Below are positions 9,270 to 17,967 of a stretch of DNA of 63,328 nt, in pieces; the stretch's first letter is position 1, and every line of letters begins with the position of its first letter. The notes below the pieces were generated by a model. It did not search any database. It worked only from the letters and a program-made list of their open reading frames with translations, and was not told the origin of the DNA. The translations under genes and the position numbers were made by a program. The stretch spans positions 1 to 63,328 of the IMG/VR virus record IMGVR_UViG_3300027815_000237, one strand, 5' to 3'. This stretch comes from a virus. Lineage: Duplodnaviria; Caudoviricetes.

Positions 9270-10112
9270 ATGAAGCACGATAAGAATAAGGTCAAGCGTT
9301 GGTACCCGTTGTGGATTGACAAATGGTTGTGGGGTTCAATGAGACACGAATTGATAATTCAGAAGGATGCTGAGTTTATTGATCTGCGGGGAATCTTCAC
9401 CGACCTTCTGACACTCTCAAAGAAGGATGGTGGATACATTCGTGCTAACGAAAATACGCCGTATCCGCTTGAACAATTAGCTGGAATGTTCTGTGTGCCG
9501 ATCGCTCGACTTGAACAGTGCATTGAGATTTGTCTACGTCCAGAAGTGGGAAAACTCCGGAAATTTGACAACGGTGTCTTGTACGTCCCAAGTCATGATA
9601 ATTATGAGCTCTCAGAGAGGCAGAAACGGCGAATAGAGCTCTCCGACGAGGAAATGTCCGCAACGCCGGACGCCGTGGCCGAAAAAGCGGAAAGCAAAGG
9701 AAAGGAAAGGAAAGGAAAGGAAAGGAAAGGAAAGAAGATAAAAGATAGGAAATGCACCACGGTTATTGTTCCACTCTTTGAGGATCCCATTCTACAATTG
9801 GCATGGGAAGAATATCGGCAACACCGGATGGAGAGGAAAAAACCGCTGACACCGTTGGCTGAACAAAAAGCCGCCAAACTCCTTCATGAACTCAGCCAAG
9901 GTAATACTCAAACCGCCTTACAAATTATCAACCAAACCATAGCTAACGGATGGCTTGGATTATTTGAACTGAAAGGAAACAATGGAACAACTCACACCGG
10001 GAAAAGGGCAATCGGTAGTACCCAAAACGCAAGAGCATCTTTTCGACACAGTGATGCCGACATTGACCGGCTTAGAGAAGTGGAAGAGAGCCTCAGACGA
10101 AATCAAAAATGA
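9270..10112 (+). CDS. Phage replication initiator (replisome-organizer-like)
   Basis: N-terminal winged-helix-like PYPLEQLAGMF, basic KGKER linker, C-terminal WEEYRQHR..KKPLT..IINQTIANGWLGLF domain. Confidence 0.8.
   Translation: MKHDKNKVKRWYPLWIDKWLWGSMRHELIIQKDAEFIDLRGIFTDLLTLSKKDGGYIRANENTPYPLEQLAGMFCVPIARLEQCIEICLRPEVGKLRKFDNGVLYVPSHDNYELSERQKRRIELSDEEMSATPDAVAEKAESKGKERKGKERKGKKIKDRKCTTVIVPLFEDPILQLAWEEYRQHRMERKKPLTPLAEQKAAKLLHELSQGNTQTALQIINQTIANGWLGLFELKGNNGTTHTGKRAIGSTQNARASFRHSDADIDRLREVEESLRRNQK
9696..9734 (+). repeat. (AAAGG)7 microsatellite within the initiator gene
   Basis: Seven perfect AAAGG units plus AAAG. Confidence 0.95.
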
Positions 10113-10620
10113 AGGCTTCAACGCGCTGGAGTTGGTCGCATCTCCACTGGTGACTTCAAAGGATTTGGTGAAAGCACAGTATGACCTCGAAATAAATTTC
10201 GGCACCGAATACGATAAGAACAAGATGGTACAACTCTTTGCTGTCATGCAATCCGACAACTGGACTCGTCTAAGATTTCAACGGACGTTCCAATGGTTCC
10301 TCAGAAACAAACGTTATCCCGCCTGGACGATCGCTGATTGGTATGAATTTGGAATCAAGGTCTACCCCGAAGCATGGGCATATCACAAGATAGGACTTGA
10401 GCCGCACTACAATCGCAAGAGTTTCGACTGGTACAAATTGTCGACCGGGGAGATCGTCTGTAAATTTCAAGATGGGATAGAGTTACCGCTTGAAAAATAT
10501 GAATTTCCTGCACTTAGTGAAACGATGATAATGATTCGCTGCCGAGATTGCGGAGCGGAAGTCCAATTGTCAGTGAAGCAGGATTTTTGGGAGGTTCACG
10601 GGAAAGACTGTAAGGTTTGA
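9982..10620 (+). CDS. Hypothetical protein in helicase-loader position, C-terminal Zn ribbon
   Basis: AAAGGA RBS; CRDC..H...C; overlaps initiator by 131 nt. Confidence 0.6.
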   Translation: MEQLTPGKGQSVVPKTQEHLFDTVMPTLTGLEKWKRASDEIKNEGFNALELVASPLVTSKDLVKAQYDLEINFGTEYDKNKMVQLFAVMQSDNWTRLRFQRTFQWFLRNKRYPAWTIADWYEFGIKVYPEAWAYHKIGLEPHYNRKSFDWYKLSTGEIVCKFQDGIELPLEKYEFPALSETMIMIRCRDCGAEVQLSVKQDFWEVHGKDCKV

Positions 10621-10799
10621 TATGCCACGTGGAGCGACATCAACATATGAATTCGCAAGGTTACCCCACTTGATTCCACAACTAAAGAAACTCAAACTGC
10701 GGGGTATGATCTGGCACTGGATACAGAATTATAGCAATGACCTTGCGAATCAAGGTAGTGCGAAACGCCGGGATGATTTCAAATCTACAAGGATTACTC

Positions 10800-11135
10800 A
10801 TGACGTTCAGGAAAATCCCTCACACACTTAACGACAACGAGATTCTTTTCTTGAGGATCCGGGATGCGTGCCTGAAGAAGCCGCACCGGAGCGAGGCATT
10901 CATGGACTTTGTCCGGAAGCGGTCGGCCCTTGAGAACCCCGACTTCCATCATTGCGCCGGGTCCGTCCATGGGATGAAGAGTACAGATTTGTTCGGGGTA
11001 GCGGTGAGCCGTGAGTGGCACAACGGTGTCAATCTGTACTCAGAGCAAAATCGGAGTAAGATACCCGAAGCGTTGTTGAATCTATTCGCTTACGTGGAGA
11101 CATTGGAAGAGAAACTTGCGAGAAAGAAGAAATGA
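10800..11135 (+). CDS. DUF968/HNH-like nin-region protein (degenerate)
   Basis: HRSEAFMDFVR..DFHH..GMKSTD..WH pattern. Confidence 0.45.
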   Translation: MTFRKIPHTLNDNEILFLRIRDACLKKPHRSEAFMDFVRKRSALENPDFHHCAGSVHGMKSTDLFGVAVSREWHNGVNLYSEQNRSKIPEALLNLFAYVETLEEKLARKKK

Positions 11136-11545
11136 AATTTCTCTACAAGGGAATTGTGACTGGCGGCAAAGCAGTATTCGACGATGAGTGCCGCGATCCC
11201 TTCCATGCAAAGATTCAGAATCTCGAAGGGAAGCGATTCGAGATGACCCTTGATAACGAGGTCAAACATCGGAGCAAGAAACAACGGGGCTATTACCACG
11301 GGTGTTTGATTGAACTGATGATGATTAACGAACCCTTCGCCGGATGGACGCACGACGCAGTTCAGGTGTGGATCGAAGCGAATCTGGGGCCGAAGATCTA
11401 CGGTGAAAACGGGAAACCAGACATGATAATTCCGGAGGAAGCGTGGACGACAAAGCAACAGGAAGAAGTCAATGAGCGGGTGCGGACGTTGGTGTTGGAG
11501 AAATTTAACGTGCTGTTGCCACTTCCGAACGAAGTTTTAGTATGA
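11132..11545 (+). CDS. NinB-like protein
   Basis: HRSKKQRGYYHG and C-terminal LPLPNE motifs. Confidence 0.55.
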   Translation: MKFLYKGIVTGGKAVFDDECRDPFHAKIQNLEGKRFEMTLDNEVKHRSKKQRGYYHGCLIELMMINEPFAGWTHDAVQVWIEANLGPKIYGENGKPDMIIPEEAWTTKQQEEVNERVRTLVLEKFNVLLPLPNEVLV

Positions 11546-11556
11546 AAGGGACGTGA

Positions 11557-11940
11557 ATGAGATACATCGGAATAGGTCCGCGGGGCCAAAAAGGAAAGTC
11601 AAAAATGAAGAACAGACAAACTGTCCAAAATAAACGCTTAGTCGAATTACTCAGAATGCAAGTGCGACGAGCGAGATCGCAATTTCATACAGTATTCTTG
11701 CAGAATAAGAAACTAACTGAAGACCTTGCAAGCGTATGTCGCTGGTGCGATGCAGCGAACGGCAACAACGAAAAACTCAGCATGATGCTTAGGCAAGTGA
11801 GAGAAGAGAAGAATGATGCCCGCGGCTTAAATCCAATACAGGAGACGATGTTCAAGCAAATCGAAGATGGTTTATCTCAATTGCGAAAAAGTTTCGATGT
11901 TTTCCCCTCTGATAGATTCACAAACACTATGGGCTGCTGA
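11557..11940 (+). CDS. Hypothetical coiled-coil protein
   Basis: In-operon ORF; start may be 11605. Confidence 0.5.
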   Translation: MRYIGIGPRGQKGKSKMKNRQTVQNKRLVELLRMQVRRARSQFHTVFLQNKKLTEDLASVCRWCDAANGNNEKLSMMLRQVREEKNDARGLNPIQETMFKQIEDGLSQLRKSFDVFPSDRFTNTMGC

Positions 11941-11964
11941 TAATGCACGAAAAGGAGGTATTAA

Positions 11965-12525
11965 ATGTCGCGATATTTAGGAATTGATCCTGGAGTTTCT
12001 GGCGCAATAGCCATCCTCGACGTGGACGGAGATGGCCAAATTATCCGGTGTGAATTTCACGATACCCCCGTTCGAGAGGTTATCGTCGCCGGAAAACACC
12101 GCAACCTTTATGACCTCTCAAAGATGAATTCTATTCTGTTCGCTGCGAATCAAGAAAATCATTGCTCTGCCTTCATTGAGATTGCCCAGCCGATGCCAAG
12201 CGTGAAGGATGAACGGAGTGGGAGGATCCGGGAAGGCATGGGCGCGGTGAGTGCCTTCAACTATGGCTACGGATACGGTGCCTGGTTGATGGGCCTGACC
12301 GCCAACAAGATTCCATACACTTGCGTGCACCCGAAGACCTGGAAAAAGCAGATGATGCGCGATATGGGGAGAGAAAAGAGCGCGAGCATTTTTCGGGCTG
12401 TCCAGATATACCCGAGCATTGCAGATCAGTTGTCAAGGGTAAAAGATCACGGACGTGCTGATGCGTTTCTTCTGGCAGTGTACGGGTCAAGACTTCTGCA
12501 TAATTCACCGATCGCACCATTCTAA
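11965..12525 (+). CDS. RuvC-like Holliday junction resolvase
   Basis: YLGIDPG, FIE, HPKTWKK, DHGRADA; AAGGAGG RBS. Confidence 0.9.
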   Translation: MSRYLGIDPGVSGAIAILDVDGDGQIIRCEFHDTPVREVIVAGKHRNLYDLSKMNSILFAANQENHCSAFIEIAQPMPSVKDERSGRIREGMGAVSAFNYGYGYGAWLMGLTANKIPYTCVHPKTWKKQMMRDMGREKSASIFRAVQIYPSIADQLSRVKDHGRADAFLLAVYGSRLLHNSPIAPF

Positions 12526-12543
12526 CAATCAAGAGAGTATCCC

Positions 12544-12999
12544 ATGTTCAATAAATCATTCAAAGCACAGATAGCGGCAACAACGCCGTTTTGGTTTCAC
12601 GAGGGCGAAGATCAGCGACACGGTGTCAGTATTAAGGCCGAGATCGAGACTGACTCGGCAGAGTTTCTCCGTGACTGCGTAGGAGATTACTCCGCCGTTG
12701 CAGACCTCTTCACCAGCACGACGCTCGTTGACGGTGATGTGGCGCTCAAGATCGTCGCTCGTAATGATCTTCAATTCAGCATTGCGGAGATGAGACCACG
12801 CTCGGTTAAGCTCACCGAACTCAGCATCCGGCCCGGTACGCGCATAACCATCAAACTCAAGGTGTCGGATATTCCGAAGGACATCATGGGTGATATTTGT
12901 TCTCAGCTCGGCGTCGAGACGGACATCACCATTTCAACCACACAAATGGATTTGCCTCTTGCTGAGAATGAGGGCAAGAAAGGGAAGAAGACGAAATGA
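12544..12999 (+). CDS. Hypothetical protein
   Basis: In-operon ORF; C-terminal QMDLP resembles a beta-clamp-binding motif. Confidence 0.6.
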   Translation: MFNKSFKAQIAATTPFWFHEGEDQRHGVSIKAEIETDSAEFLRDCVGDYSAVADLFTSTTLVDGDVALKIVARNDLQFSIAEMRPRSVKLTELSIRPGTRITIKLKVSDIPKDIMGDICSQLGVETDITISTTQMDLPLAENEGKKGKKTK

Positions 13000-13220
13000 T
13001 ACGCATACGCGACGAATGGACGGACCGGGAGGCGACGGTTGGTCGACAGGTCGTCGGTGCAATATTATTGGTTGCCGGGATCATCACGCTGATTGAGATG
13101 TATTTGAGGTCGTGATGGACAGCATAAATCCAATGATTTGATAACTGAATCGAAAAGGGGATTTGGAACGATCGTTGAACAATTGCAAATCCTCAAAGAA
13201 AAATGAAAGGAGAAATTGGA

Positions 13221-13484
13221 ATGAGCAGACAGATGGAAGCAAGAGATGAGTTAAATCGACGGCGGCGTGAGGGAGAAATAGATCTACCCACCTATGAATA
13301 TTTGCGTGGTTTGCTAGATGGCGTAAAGGCATTTGCTTTCTGGAAAGACGGCAAAGAATTTGTCGGCACGTCTGGTAATGAGCTGAATTCGGTGTTTGAG
13401 AAGATCGTAGGTAAACCGACAGACCCGAATGATAGCTTATTCGATTTACCGAAAGCAACCGATGACCTTAAAACACTCACATAG
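13221..13484 (+). CDS. Hypothetical protein
   Basis: AAGGAG RBS upstream. Confidence 0.6.
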   Translation: MSRQMEARDELNRRRREGEIDLPTYEYLRGLLDGVKAFAFWKDGKEFVGTSGNELNSVFEKIVGKPTDPNDSLFDLPKATDDLKTLT

Positions 13485-13546
13485 ACAGACTGATGATTTA
13501 ATCACCGAATCCAAGCGAGGGCATAAAGGAAGGGAAAGTTGAAGCC

Positions 13547-13795
13547 ATGACCCCAGAACTTCAGAAAATTTTTGATAATGCCTACGATGAAATGTTGGCG
13601 AGCAATCCCGACGGATATATTTATTACGAGCAGGCCCAAAGACTTTTTGAACTTGCCATCCGCCATGCTACAGTGGCGGCGTTTGATGCGTGTCAGGACG
13701 AATTGATTTGTGAAGATGAACATGGGAGCGCACGTGTAATAGGACATCTCAAGTCTCAATTTCTCAAAGGAGAAGGAAGAGTAGATCAACTTTGA
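13547..13795 (+). CDS. Hypothetical protein
   Basis: In-operon ORF. Confidence 0.55.
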   Translation: MTPELQKIFDNAYDEMLASNPDGYIYYEQAQRLFELAIRHATVAAFDACQDELICEDEHGSARVIGHLKSQFLKGEGRVDQL

Positions 13796-13819
13796 ATAAT
13801 TTAAATCTGAATACGCAAC

Positions 13820-14161
13820 TTGATTGGAAGGAATCCCAAAATGAATAAACTGAACGCGTGTTGGTGTTGTGGCGAAGAATTATTGAAGGATGATAGAGGT
13901 TTTTGGTTACATTCGCGGAATGAACGATGTTACAACGATGGTCTGATTCTGCTTCCTGAACAAGTTATTTTGTGGAACTCCCGCCCTGATCCTTTCGCCG
14001 AACTGAGGAAGAAGATCGAAGAGAGAATCAAAAATACTGTGACGGAATTAGAATCGACAGAAAAACATTCACCGAATATGTTCGCTCGATGTGGAGAAAT
14101 TCATGAACTGGAGTGGGTTCTCACCTTACTTGCAAAACCTATCAGGAGGGAAGATGAGTAG
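13820..14161 (+). CDS. Hypothetical Zn-ribbon (Lar-like) protein
   Basis: CWCCG..H....C..WNSR pattern; start may be 13841. Confidence 0.5.
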   Translation: MIGRNPKMNKLNACWCCGEELLKDDRGFWLHSRNERCYNDGLILLPEQVILWNSRPDPFAELRKKIEERIKNTVTELESTEKHSPNMFARCGEIHELEWVLTLLAKPIRREDE

Positions 14162-14555
14162 ATTCTATCCAAATCACGAGGAGCGCAAATGCTACGAAGA
14201 AGGGCGAGAAGCTCAACGTCTTGGCCGTTATGATTACGACCATAGTGAGCATTCACGTTGTCCCTGCGATCAAGCATATTTCTATGGTCGCCGAGACGAA
14301 CGACGTGCTGAAGAGAATCGCCGCGAGGAATGGGCACAAGAAGAACGCGAAGAACGCCGTGCTTATGAACGCCGACAAGAACAACGAGCAATGGATGAGG
14401 CTGAGTATAATGCTGTTATAAGCGATCAACGATATTATGATGCTATGAACAATCAGCAATATCCAGAACCCCCGATACCCGACCCCGAACCCCCGTCACC
14501 TCCCGAGAAGAAGCCACGACCTTCACTTCTTGTCAGGAACTATTCACAACAATAA
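14154..14555 (+). CDS. Hypothetical Glu/Arg-rich protein with Pro-rich tail
   Basis: AGGAGG RBS before ATG 14154. Confidence 0.6.
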   Translation: MSRFYPNHEERKCYEEGREAQRLGRYDYDHSEHSRCPCDQAYFYGRRDERRAEENRREEWAQEEREERRAYERRQEQRAMDEAEYNAVISDQRYYDAMNNQQYPEPPIPDPEPPSPPEKKPRPSLLVRNYSQQ

Positions 14556-14572
14556 ATTGAAAGGATGGCCAG

Positions 14573-14752
14573 ATGGACGCAAGTGGTAATATCCGAGACT
14601 TGAGGCATGGCGAGAAGCCGAAGCCGAACGAAATTCAGATTGATGGCCGGCCTAATCCGCACTGTCATGATTGTTACGGTCGCGGGTTTGTGCGTATGAT
14701 AATACTGGAGAAAAAGCCGTGCCATTGCGTCAAGAAAAAAAAGGGAAAATGA
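14573..14752 (+). CDS. Small Zn-finger protein (59 aa, absent from ORF track)
   Basis: Manual translation MDASGNIRDL...CHDCYGRG...PCHCVKKKKGK; AAGGA upstream. Confidence 0.6.
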   Translation: MDASGNIRDLRHGEKPKPNEIQIDGRPNPHCHDCYGRGFVRMIILEKKPCHCVKKKKGK

Positions 14753-14947
14753 TGTGCATTTTATCTGAGATTCTTGTCCTCGCCGTGGCGGTGGTCTTCG
14801 TAGCCCCTGTTAGCTATTTCCTTTGGCGTTGGTTCTGGGATTTTGGGGGAACGAGATGAAGCATCCCTCGTGCGGTCATTCGAAATCCGGGCGCGGCATG
14901 TGCCCATCATCTCTAAGCTCAAGGAAGAGTTCGGGGCGGTGACAGGT

Positions 14948-16075
14948 ATGAGCCTCCTTCTGTGTGGCGATGCTCTGGAGATGCTTAGGACGCTGCCAGA
15001 TGAATCGATTCAGTGTTGTGTGACATCGCCTCCATATTGGGGATTGAGGGATTACGGTCATATTGGTCAGATCGGATTGGAGAAACACCCGGAGGAATAT
15101 GTCGCAAAGATGGTGTTGGTATTCAGGGAGGTGAAACGAGTGCTGAGAAAGGACGGTGTGTTGTGGCTCAACCTCGCAGATTCTTACGCTGGCTCAGGGC
15201 GTGGGCGAGATGCGGACGGGATCTGGAATCCGGGACAGGGCGGATCGAAGCAGGAAACAAACGTGGGTGCAATTACTGGCCGCGCCGTTAATTCAAAATC
15301 TCTCTCTCGGGTGGCAATCGAAGGGGGAGCAATCGGCAACGCGTGGGTGAAACCGCCTCGAGGCTACAAAGCAAAAGACCTCTGCATGATCCCGGCCCGC
15401 GTTGCATTGGCATTACAAGCCGATGGTTGGTACTTGCGCCAAGATATAATTTGGGCGAAGCCGAACCCGATGCCAGAGAGTGTAACCGATAGGTGTACGA
15501 AGTCGCATGAGTACATATTCCTGCTCTCGAAGTCGGCAAGATATTACTACGACAATGCGGCGATCAAGCAGCCGATTACCGACTCGACCTCGTCGCGTCT
15601 CTCACAGGAAGGATCCGACCGCGTGCCGGGAAAGACAAACGGAAAGATGAAGGCGGTCCGCTTCGGTGGCAACAAAGCCGATGGTTACGGCTCCAGAATG
15701 TATTCGGGAAAGGAATGGATCCCAACACAGGGCGGAGGCGGGACTGGATTCGCGGGGCACAGCGGGAATACGCTTGCGGATGGGTCGGTCCTCGATACGG
15801 CAAATCGCCGCGACGTTTGGACAATCACGACCAAGCCTTTCTCTGGCGCACACTTCGCAACCTTCCCCCCGGAGATACCGATAATTTGTATCAAGGCAGG
15901 CTCGAAGGCGGGAGACATTGTTCTTGATCCTTTTGCAGGAAGTGGGACAACTCTTGAAGTTGCTAAACGATTAGGGAGGAGCTACATCGGTATAGAGCTC
16001 TCCGAAAAGTACGTGACAGAATTGATTAAGCCTCGCCTTGATGGGATTGATCCACTGTTCGCTGGTGAAATCTAA
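14948..16075 (+). CDS. DNA amino-methyltransferase (N4-C/N6-A, beta class)
   Basis: Motif IV TSPPY N-terminal, motif I DPFAGSGTT C-terminal, HFATFP. Confidence 0.95.
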   Translation: MSLLLCGDALEMLRTLPDESIQCCVTSPPYWGLRDYGHIGQIGLEKHPEEYVAKMVLVFREVKRVLRKDGVLWLNLADSYAGSGRGRDADGIWNPGQGGSKQETNVGAITGRAVNSKSLSRVAIEGGAIGNAWVKPPRGYKAKDLCMIPARVALALQADGWYLRQDIIWAKPNPMPESVTDRCTKSHEYIFLLSKSARYYYDNAAIKQPITDSTSSRLSQEGSDRVPGKTNGKMKAVRFGGNKADGYGSRMYSGKEWIPTQGGGGTGFAGHSGNTLADGSVLDTANRRDVWTITTKPFSGAHFATFPPEIPIICIKAGSKAGDIVLDPFAGSGTTLEVAKRLGRSYIGIELSEKYVTELIKPRLDGIDPLFAGEI

Positions 16076-16608
16076 TGAGAGATATTCCCTTTGTTGATCA
16101 GTGTGGCTTCATTGAATACCCGAAGTTCATCGACATCGTGAGCATTCTAGTTGGGAAGTTGCGAGACATTGTGGACACAGAGTTGGATGAGAAAGAAAAC
16201 AGGTTCAAGCGTGGTGACAAGAGTGACTCCGTTAATCCACTGGGCGTGAGAGGAGAACTGATATTCCAGCACTATCTGTGGACTCTCAATGTACCCCATG
16301 AGAGCGCCCCCCTGTTGAGTAACCGCCCGATATCATCCTGCGACATAAAGGTCGGGGAGTTTGCTTTGGATGTCAAGACGGTCCGGAGTGATGCACCGGA
16401 TTTACTGGTAAATGAGGAGGCGCACCTGAAAGCGAAGGGGATCACGCATTATGTGTTCATTCAGATTCAGAGACCAGGTCAAGCGAGGTATTGGATATAC
16501 GCAAGGCACGATGTCTCGAAGTGGCAAGTTAAGAACGTAGGTTACTCGAACGCTTATTACCTTGAAATTGAGAAGATCAATAAACGACAGATGGAGGTTG
16601 CTGTATGA
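16075..16608 (+). CDS. Putative PD-(D/E)xK nuclease
   Basis: GVRGE helix, CDIKV, LDVKT; coupled to MTase (TAATG). Confidence 0.6.
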   Translation: MRDIPFVDQCGFIEYPKFIDIVSILVGKLRDIVDTELDEKENRFKRGDKSDSVNPLGVRGELIFQHYLWTLNVPHESAPLLSNRPISSCDIKVGEFALDVKTVRSDAPDLLVNEEAHLKAKGITHYVFIQIQRPGQARYWIYARHDVSKWQVKNVGYSNAYYLEIEKINKRQMEVAV

Positions 16609-16859
16609 AGGCCCGGCCATGTACATACTGTGGTACAATGATCACAATGATCCAGACACTAAACAAGAAGTGGTCCCCGATTGAGCCGCAGTTTCAGAAA
16701 AGGATGGGATCGGCGCCGCTTGTGAAGGGAAAGTATTATGATGAGCAGGGAGAGATTTACGATGAGAGCGAGGTACCGAACGGTATCAAGGTGTGGAGGG
16801 CGCATTGGGGAGATTGCCCTGGTGCAAAGGAGGCAAAGAAGAAGGAGAATCTACTGTGA
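16605..16859 (+). CDS. Small Zn-binding protein
   Basis: CTYC...HWGDCP. Confidence 0.7.
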   Translation: MKARPCTYCGTMITMIQTLNKKWSPIEPQFQKRMGSAPLVKGKYYDEQGEIYDESEVPNGIKVWRAHWGDCPGAKEAKKKENLL

Positions 16860-17125
16860 ATGAATTGAAAACGCAATCGGGTCAGGCGCAAGTGTTTAAA
16901 GTAGGAGACTTGGTGAAATTTCACGATGCACTTTCTTCATCACCGCTGGGTGCGGTAGACAAAGTGATCGACGGCAAGCGAAGCTGTCAATTGGTCGACG
17001 TGATCTGGAAAGATCTGAGAGCTGGTAGGTACAGTTGTCAGAAAAGGATATCCTCGCGTCGATTGAGGAAATTGACAATGGTAGAGATGGAGGCAATCCT
17101 CGGAGGGAAAGAGCGGATGCAATAG
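16856..17125 (+). CDS. Small SH3/KOW-like protein
   Basis: FKVGDLVKF motif; AAGGAG before GTG. Confidence 0.55.
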   Translation: MNELKTQSGQAQVFKVGDLVKFHDALSSSPLGAVDKVIDGKRSCQLVDVIWKDLRAGRYSCQKRISSRRLRKLTMVEMEAILGGKERMQ

Positions 17126-17301
17126 ATGAGCAATGCCGGAGGCAACAATCCATTGATAGTAGGTGCTAACCAGTTGAGTTCAATAGAGTTACGAAAAGGC
17201 GGCGACATAAATAACTAACGTTTCAAAGAAGTTATTTTTGTGATGTTGCCTCGGGAATGAACAAGATGTGAAGGGCTCACGATGATGGTGTAAAATAGTC
17301 C

Positions 17302-17330
17302 TTGACAAGAGCATGAAAACGGTGTATATT
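17302..17330 (+). promoter_or_regulatory. Sigma70-type promoter for the packaging/late operon
   Basis: TTGACA (17302-17307), 17 nt, TATATT (17325-17330). Confidence 0.75.
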
Positions 17331-17337
17331 CCACGCC

Positions 17338-17967
17338 ATGAAAAAGAATGGTAAGGCCAAGAAGTTCGACCTACCAAAGCCTTCCCCAGAAGGACAACAG
17401 ACCCCTCCCCAAGAAGAAGCAACCGAAGAAATCAAGCGAGTTGTAGGATTCAGAGATGAATACGGACTCACAGTCCAACAACGGTCCTTCTGTGACCTAT
17501 ACATCCAATCCGAAGATCACAACGGATCGAAGTGCTATATGGAGGCATATCCAAATGTAACAGATCCAGATGTTGCTAAGGCTGCGGCATCAAGACTGTT
17601 AACTTATGTTAGCCTCCAAAATTATTTGGTGTCAAGGACGGAGTACATTTGTGAACACGTTGAACTCAGTCAGGAATGGTGTTTCCGGAATATCAAGTTG
17701 ATAGCAGAACGCTGTTTGCAATTGGAGGAAATAAGAAACGCAGAGGGAGAGGTTGTTCGTGTCGCGTTCGATCCACACGGCGCGGCTGTAGCCACCAACA
17801 TGATGATGAAGAATCTGGGGCTATATGCAGCAGACAAAACTCACAAACTTGAGATGAACGTAAATGGGAAAAACATTGCCACGGTTATTGCTGTCCCTGC
17901 TTTTGCTGACGATGTTGAGTCTGTGTCTGCAAGGGAGCTGGGAGACAATGGCAACGGCCAACAGTGA
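17338..17967 (+). CDS. terS: Terminase small subunit
   Basis: LTVQQRSFCDLY..AY..AKAAASRLL HTH; directly upstream of TerL. Confidence 0.85.
   Translation: MKKNGKAKKFDLPKPSPEGQQTPPQEEATEEIKRVVGFRDEYGLTVQQRSFCDLYIQSEDHNGSKCYMEAYPNVTDPDVAKAAASRLLTYVSLQNYLVSRTEYICEHVELSQEWCFRNIKLIAERCLQLEEIRNAEGEVVRVAFDPHGAAVATNMMMKNLGLYAADKTHKLEMNVNGKNIATVIAVPAFADDVESVSARELGDNGNGQQ

Noticed and set aside
17130-17260. Possible alternative stems (GAGGCAACA/TGTTGCCTC, AAATAACT/AGTTATTT) and an imperfect TAAC..TTGA..TCAA..GTTA palindrome upstream of terS
   Set aside because: Short and imperfect; could be chance or a pac-related site, not supportable without covariation data
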